This document shows positions 58,820 through 64,000 of a DNA stretch of 64,000 nucleotides, piece after piece. Location: contig JBILLK010000021.1 in the NCBI GenBank assembly GCA_044376115.1, positions 32,001 through 96,000 of the forward strand, written 5' to 3'. The position numbers were made by a program, and so were the translations under genes. Every line of letters begins with the position of its first letter. Position 1 is the stretch's first letter. This stretch comes from Polyangiaceae bacterium. Its GTDB lineage: Bacteria; Myxococcota_A; Polyangia; Polyangiales; Polyangiaceae. The notes beneath the pieces are model-generated. The model had not been told where the DNA came from. It was given only the letters and a program-made list of their open reading frames with translations, and did not search any database.

Positions 58820-59890
58820 CTACAGCCGCGCGCTGGCAATGGCCTTGAGCAGCACCGCGTCGAAATCTGATTCGGCTTCGGTCTGGGTGCCGGCAGCCAA
58901 TCCCTGACGTGTCACCACCAAGTCCAGGCTGGGCACGACGTAGATCTTCTGGTCCCGCGCCCCTAGCGCGGAAACGAGATCGGCCGGGGCGCCTTTCTTT
59001 CCAAGATTTCCCAGTCCTTGGAGCCACCACAATAGGCCGTAGTCGGCTTTGACGGCGGAGGGACTCCAAGCCTCGTCGAACCATCCTTCCGCTGTAACGG
59101 CTTTGTTGCTCCATACGCCGGCACGCTGCGCAAGAAGCCCAAAGCGCGCCATGTCCCGCGCCGCGAGTTCGAGTCCCCAAAGTGGAGCGCCCGTCGGGTC
59201 CTGGCCATCGCGCAGGCCCCACTGTCCGCTGATGCCAATCGCATCGAACAGCCATTCGCGGCTCAGCTGGTTGATGTCGACGCCAGCGACCTGCTCGAGC
59301 ACGAGACGCAGCTTCTGATAGGCGTTGGTGTTGTAATCAAACAGCGTTCCCGGCTTCGTTGCATATTTCAGCGTGTTGGGGTTCAGGCCGCTCGAGTGCG
59401 TCATCAGATGGCGGAGCGTTATGGCAGCCTCCTGCGCCGGCGTTGCGTTCGACCAACCCTCAGCCAAGTAGCTGGAAACGGGATCGTCAAAGGACAACAA
59501 CTGCTTGTCCCGCGCCAGGCCCACCAGGGTGGAGGTGAAGCTCTTCTGGACCGATGCCACATCGGACTCGGTGGTTCTGGTTGCGTTCAGGAAGTACTCC
59601 TCCACCAGCACCCGCCCCCCGCTGAGCATCATGAACGAGCTCGACTTGTTCTCCTCCACCAGCGCGACAACGTCGGCCAATCCTTGGGCCGACCAGCCCG
59701 TGGCCTCGGGATCAGCCGCTTCCCACTCGTCGCTGTCGTTGGGAGGAAAGTAGTCCGTCGACGGCTCAGGATCGGTCTCCTCCGTCTCCTTGGTCTCTTT
59801 GGTCTCCCCGCCACAACCGGCCAGGAGCCCAGCAGACAGCAAGACCCATTGGCGACGGGGCAATAGCTTTCGACTCGAACAGTGGCTCAT
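58820..59890 (-). CDS. serine hydrolase, beta-lactamase class C-like lipoprotein
   Basis: LAGC lipobox; SVQK, LRHLMTHSSG, FDYNT, ARDMARFG, YGLLWW. Confidence 0.88.
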   Translation of the reverse strand: MSHCSSRKLLPRRQWVLLSAGLLAGCGGETKETKETEETDPEPSTDYFPPNDSDEWEAADPEATGWSAQGLADVVALVEENKSSSFMMLSGGRVLVEEYFLNATRTTESDVASVQKSFTSTLVGLARDKQLLSFDDPVSSYLAEGWSNATPAQEAAITLRHLMTHSSGLNPNTLKYATKPGTLFDYNTNAYQKLRLVLEQVAGVDINQLSREWLFDAIGISGQWGLRDGQDPTGAPLWGLELAARDMARFGLLAQRAGVWSNKAVTAEGWFDEAWSPSAVKADYGLLWWLQGLGNLGKKGAPADLVSALGARDQKIYVVPSLDLVVTRQGLAAGTQTEAESDFDAVLLKAIASARL

Positions 59891-60110
59891 CGAGCGATCG
59901 TACTCGGATGACGCTGGATTGTCCCGGTAGCCCCCGCTGCTCGAGCATGGCGGCTCAGTGAGTGCGGACTCAGCGTCGCCGAGCAGACGCGTTCATCGGT
60001 TCCAAGTCCAACATGCCGACAAAATAGGTCGAGCAAACAGCATCGCGGTATCGCCAGATCGTGCAGTTGCCCTCACTGTAATAGCCGCGGCACGTGGTAG
60101 AACCCGCTCC

Positions 60111-61148
60111 ATGATGAACCGCGGTGCGCTCGTAACGGCCTCCTTCTGGCGCAGCGTGTTCGGCGCTGCGTTGCTCTGAACGGCGTGCAGCGAGCCTGCG
60201 TCGAAGCCGGAGCCCGCTGCCGATTCGGGCTCGTCGAAGCCCTAGAGCACCGCGTCGACGAGCGCGAGCGCAAGCGCCAGCAGCGGGGCCAACGCATCGG
60301 CGTCCACGAGCGCTTCTGCCGCACCGAGCGCCGCGCCAGCGTCCGTCGCGGTGAAGCCGTTCGTGCCGACGCACACGGTGCCGCCGTTCAAAGGCAAGTT
60401 CCCGCATCGCGATCATCCGCTCGCAGCGAACGCAGGCCGCGTGGTCGAGCTGAAGTTCGTGCGAGCGTCCAAAGAGCCCGATCTCGCGCCGATGTTCAGC
60501 ATGAAGAACCTGACCGACAAGCCCGTCGACGTCGGTCAGACCTGGCTCTTCTACTACGACGCCGAAAAGAAGAAGACCGACCGCTACCCGCACTCTCTCG
60601 GCTACACGGTCAAGCTCGGGCCCGGTGAAGCCAAGGAGCAGCGGCTCGGTCAGAACACCGAAAAGATTGAGGCCGGCCTCACGCTGTTCGAAGGCGAGGT
60701 CACTTCCGCGCGCGTCGACGGCAACGATTGGGAGAACCAGAATCTCAACCCGATGCCGCGCCCCGCTGGAGGTGTCGACGCGCAGACCCTTGCCGACAAC
60801 GCAGGCGTACGCCTGGTCGTCGACGTCTACGAGCTGTCGTCCTATCGCGTCCGCCTGACCAACGTGACCGACCGCGTGATCAAGGATGCAGTGATGGTCT
60901 TCCACTACCGTGGCGAAAAGGATGAGAACACCAAGGTCACCGCGGGCCTGCCCGACGACCTGAAACCCATCGCGCCCGGAGCCTCGGTGGACCTCGCAGC
61001 GTCAGCCTGGTCGAGCAGCCGCAAGTCACCGCCGAAGGCAACGGACGTCGTCGCGTACGCCACTCGCGTCACCTTCGAGTCAGGCCCGAGCTTCGAGAAC
61101 GAGAACCTGAGCGAAGACGTCCGGTGGAAGGTCCTTGGCGACCGCTGA
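60111..61148 (+). pseudogene. lipoprotein gene interrupted by two in-frame stop codons
   Basis: a single frame from ATG 60111 reads MMNRG..AALL*TACSEP..SKP*STAS..VKPF; TGA at 60177-60179 and TAG at 60243-60245. Confidence 0.75.
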
Positions 61149-61222
61149 GGCAGGCTGGCTGCAGCAGCTCGCGTACGGCTCGAGCGCGCGTCCGAACGGA
61201 TCGCGTTCGCGCGTAGCGCCGC

Positions 61223-62110
61223 TCAGCGAGCGCCGGGAGCCTTACCGCGCCGCTTGGGCCGGAGGCTCTCCTCGACGTGGTCCATGAAGGCGCGTACGCG
61301 TGGGGTGTGCTGAAGCTCGCGCAGGGTGAGCAGCCACACGCCGCGAGTGAACGCCGAATCGACTGGGCCGATGCGCTTGAGCGTGGGGTCGCGGTCTGCG
61401 TCGATGCACGCGAGAAAGTGCACTCCGAGCCCCGCTGCGACGGCCGCGTACAGCCCCAGTGAGCTGGTATCCAAGCGCAGCGCGGTGCGCGCGCCGGGGG
61501 CGTTCTTGGCGAGCCAGCGATCGAGCCAGGGCTGGTTGAGCCGCTCATCCCAATTGAGCCACGGGTACGCCGCGAGCGACGCGCGTTTGCCGATGCGGGC
61601 CGCGAGCTCCTTGTGCGCGTACACAGCGAACTCCATTTGGCCGACCTTGCGACCGACCAAGTAGTCCGGCGGTTGATTGGTCATGCGCAGCACCACATCG
61701 GCTTGGCGCCGCGGCAGGGAGACCTCGTCATCGCTCGTGCTCAAGGTGAGCGACACGCTCGGGTAGCGCGTGAGGAACGACGCAAACACGCCGCTGTAAG
61801 TCCGGAGCAACAGGTCCATGGTCGAGACGCGAAGCGCGCCGCCCAGCGTTTGGTCGCGCCCGAGCACGCGGCCCTCCGCAGCGAGCACCTCCTGTTCGAC
61901 GCGCTCGGCGACCTCGGCCAGGTCTTGGCCCGCCGCGGTCGGAACGTAGCCTTCAGGCGTGCGATCAAAGAGCCGGACGCCGAGCGTGCGCTCAATTTCC
62001 TCGAGCCGCCGCCCCACCGTGGTGTGGGTCACCGCGAGCTCCTTGGCGGCCCGGCTCAAGCTGCGTTCGCGCGAAAGGGTCAATACGTAACGAAGATCAT
62101 CCCAGCTCAC
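61223..62110 (-). CDS. LysR family transcriptional regulator
   Basis: SWDDLRY..SLSRAA..THTTVGRRL..LFDR; ADVVLR; PRVRAFMD. Confidence 0.93.
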   Translation of the reverse strand: MSWDDLRYVLTLSRERSLSRAAKELAVTHTTVGRRLEEIERTLGVRLFDRTPEGYVPTAAGQDLAEVAERVEQEVLAAEGRVLGRDQTLGGALRVSTMDLLLRTYSGVFASFLTRYPSVSLTLSTSDDEVSLPRRQADVVLRMTNQPPDYLVGRKVGQMEFAVYAHKELAARIGKRASLAAYPWLNWDERLNQPWLDRWLAKNAPGARTALRLDTSSLGLYAAVAAGLGVHFLACIDADRDPTLKRIGPVDSAFTRGVWLLTLRELQHTPRVRAFMDHVEESLRPKRRGKAPGAR

Positions 62111-62178
62111 CTGTGCATCGTTGCACAGCGTTGGCGCACTGTCTGCCACCGCTTGGGCGATGGCGCACAGCCGAAATC
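62111..62178. promoter_or_regulatory. LysR operator region, copy A
   Basis: palindrome CTGTGCA-TCGT-TGCACAG abutting the LysR start codon. Confidence 0.65.
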
Positions 62179-62199
62179 GCCCGCTAGAAGCTGACGCTG

Positions 62200-63396
62200 T
62201 CAGGGTGGCGCGAGCGGTGGGAGCTGCGGAAGGACGGCTGGGCAGGTAAAGCGCGTGGTCGTGGTCAGCTCGTTCGTGCCCCGGTCCCACGCCTCCTCAC
62301 GGACCACTCGCCCTTCGAGGTCACGCTTGATCGCCAGGCGTCGTTGCTCCTCCGGGTTCGAGAGCTCGACGATGCGACCCTGGGCGTCGCGGCGCATCAA
62401 GAGGTCGACGACCCCCGCGCGGTTGCGATGCGAAATCCCGACGAGCCCGCTCCCGTCCCAACGCAACATCCAGGAAAAGTCCTCGCTGCCAGGCGGCAGC
62501 CCGTCAGGCGGCGGCTCACTGTCGTTTCCGTCGGCACAACGAACCTTGGTCAAGCGCGTGCCCAACCATTCGTAGGCACAGAGCATGGTGCGAGAGATGG
62601 GGCTGTAGTTCCACAGGCTCGGACGCCCGCGATCGAACACAATCTCGACGCCAGCGTGCCCGTAGGCGCTCCAAACCTTGGACGCGCCGCTCGTCAACGC
62701 AGGCACCTCATGCCGGCGCACCTCGAGTTCTGCAACCAGGCGCGAGAGAACGTCTGGGACCGCCAGGTCAAACCCGAAGGGAGGCTGGTCCGTCAGCGAC
62801 TGGAACCCCTCCGGCACCTCGCCGTCCCACGCCAGGATCTTAAGCCAGGGCTGTCCATCGTACTCCACCCCGACCAGCCGCCGCTTTGCGTCGTAGTGTC
62901 GCGTCCACTCCGCACGAAGGGTCGCCGCGTGCGACGCAAACTGGAACTCCCGGGTACGAAACGCACTGCCCGCGGCGTCGATCGACTCAAGCTCCAGGCT
63001 GCCTTCATCAGCAGAGGAGTCTGAAAGGACCCAACGCTCGCGTGAGTCTCCGCGATCGACCAAGAGCGTGTGGGTGCCGTTGCGCGACGGGCGATCTCTT
63101 CTCTCCGTGCACCTCGCTTCGTGCTGCGGCGCGGGCAGCGCGGGCACTGCCGCAGGGATCACCGGCTCGCGCTCCACGGTCTCGTCTTCGGGGCTTGCGC
63201 CGGATGGCACAGGAGCCGCAGACGAGAGCAGCGCGGCTTCAGACGCCGGCAGCGTCAGCGCAGCAGTTGGGCCCGGGGCAGGGACTGGGGCAGGGCCTGG
63301 GGCAGGAGCTGTGGCCGAGCCGTCCGCGCTCGAGCAAGCGCACGCAAAGAAGCTCGTGCACACGAATGCCAGACGATCTCGAACGCTATGCCACAT
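62200..63396 (-). CDS. hypothetical lipoprotein with YD-like beta-repeats
   Basis: ACAC lipobox, Pro linker; YDAKRRL, RDAQGRI, RDLEGRV; TACATT -10 lies 6 nt before the ATG. Confidence 0.65.
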   Translation of the reverse strand: MWHSVRDRLAFVCTSFFACACSSADGSATAPAPGPAPVPAPGPTAALTLPASEAALLSSAAPVPSGASPEDETVEREPVIPAAVPALPAPQHEARCTERRDRPSRNGTHTLLVDRGDSRERWVLSDSSADEGSLELESIDAAGSAFRTREFQFASHAATLRAEWTRHYDAKRRLVGVEYDGQPWLKILAWDGEVPEGFQSLTDQPPFGFDLAVPDVLSRLVAELEVRRHEVPALTSGASKVWSAYGHAGVEIVFDRGRPSLWNYSPISRTMLCAYEWLGTRLTKVRCADGNDSEPPPDGLPPGSEDFSWMLRWDGSGLVGISHRNRAGVVDLLMRRDAQGRIVELSNPEEQRRLAIKRDLEGRVVREEAWDRGTNELTTTTRFTCPAVLPQLPPLAPP

Positions 63397-63461
63397 GCGC
63401 GGAATGTAGCCTCATCGAATGCGGCCAGGGCAGACGATCGCGCGCGTTACGCGCGGATCTT

Positions 63462-63529
63462 CTGTGCATCCTTGCACAGCGAGTGCACATTCTCTGTCGT
63501 TGCTTGGGCGTTGACGCACAGCCAAAGTC
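63462..63529. promoter_or_regulatory. LysR operator region, copy B
   Basis: CTGTGCA-TCCT-TGCACAG; 53/68 nt identical to copy A without gaps (manual count). Confidence 0.65.
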
Positions 63530-63535
63530 TCTCCC

Positions 63536-64000
63536 ATGCGAGCCCTGATTCATCAAAGTTATGGCACTTCGGCGCAGCTAACGGTCGGTGAGCGAGCGCA
63601 GCCCGAGATCAAAGATAGCGAGGTGCTGGTGCGCGTGCGCGCCGCGTCGATCAACGCCGGAGACTGGTTCATGGCGACCGGCCGGCCTTGGCCGCTTCGG
63701 CTTTGGAGCGGGCTGCTTCGTCCGACGCGGCAGCTCTTGGGCTTGGACGTCGCCGGTGAGGTGGTGAGCGTGGGAGCGAAGGTAACGCGGGTGCGCGTGG
63801 GTGACGCTGTATTTGGCGAGACACACGGGACCTTCGCCGAGTACGCAGCGCTGTCCGAAGCGCGGCTCGCGCACAAGCCCGAGGCGGTCAGCTTCGAGCA
63901 GGCCGCCACCTTGCCGGTGGCGGGCTGCACAGCGTTGCAAGGCCTGCGTGACGCGGCCCAGGTGAAGCCGGGAAAGCGCGTGCTGATCAACGGAGCTTCC
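63536..64000 (+). CDS. NAD(P)-dependent MDR oxidoreductase (quinone reductase/ADH-like), truncated by window end
   Basis: MRAL..YG, VLVRVRAASINAGD, LGLDVAGEV, FAEYA, AATLPVAGCTALQGL, VLINGAS. Confidence 0.9.
   Translation, partial: MRALIHQSYGTSAQLTVGERAQPEIKDSEVLVRVRAASINAGDWFMATGRPWPLRLWSGLLRPTRQLLGLDVAGEVVSVGAKVTRVRVGDAVFGETHGTFAEYAALSEARLAHKPEAVSFEQAATLPVAGCTALQGLRDAAQVKPGKRVLINGAS

Noticed and set aside
60177..60245. Selenocysteine or pyrrolysine recoding
   Set aside because: The stops lie in a signal peptide and a low-complexity linker, would need two separate systems, and TGA and TAG terminate normal genes throughout the window.
62200..63396. Rhs toxin
   Set aside because: Only a few YD-like units, no DPxG core or toxin tip, and it carries a lipoprotein signal.

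Overview
A GC-rich (~67%) bacterial chromosomal segment. The gene content suggests Myxococcota, probably Polyangiaceae-like (inference): three Hanks-type kinases, FHA proteins, an FHA-sigma54 activator and many Cys/Pro/Ala-rich lipoproteins. The first ~33 kb is mostly housekeeping and signalling (grpE, helicase, dapA-dapB, mutT, ruvA, cpoB-LysM, icd, adenylate cyclase), plus a defensin-like secreted peptide and a candidate 6S-like RNA. The main discovery lies at ~33.5-52.3 kb and looks like a co-regulated kit for attacking the mycobacterial cell wall. It contains a mycobacteriophage LysB-like esterase with a PAAR/spike-like N-terminus, followed by two DUF1795/DcrB (Eag-type) T6SS adaptors. It also holds a CHAP amidase and a lysozyme-like lipoprotein that share a 7-bladed lectin-like propeller, a DUF4185 (GH183 D-arabinanase family) lipoprotein, and an orphan vgrG. 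The lysB, CHAP-DUF4185 and vgrG units each have a sigma54 -24/-12 promoter preceded by the same 27-bp palindromic site, and an FHA-sigma54 activator plus a kinase sit inside the cluster. Other observations are two disrupted genes, a duplicated LysR operator, a palindromic intergenic repeat and widespread leaderless promoter geometry. All family calls come from motif recognition by eye; no database searches were run.
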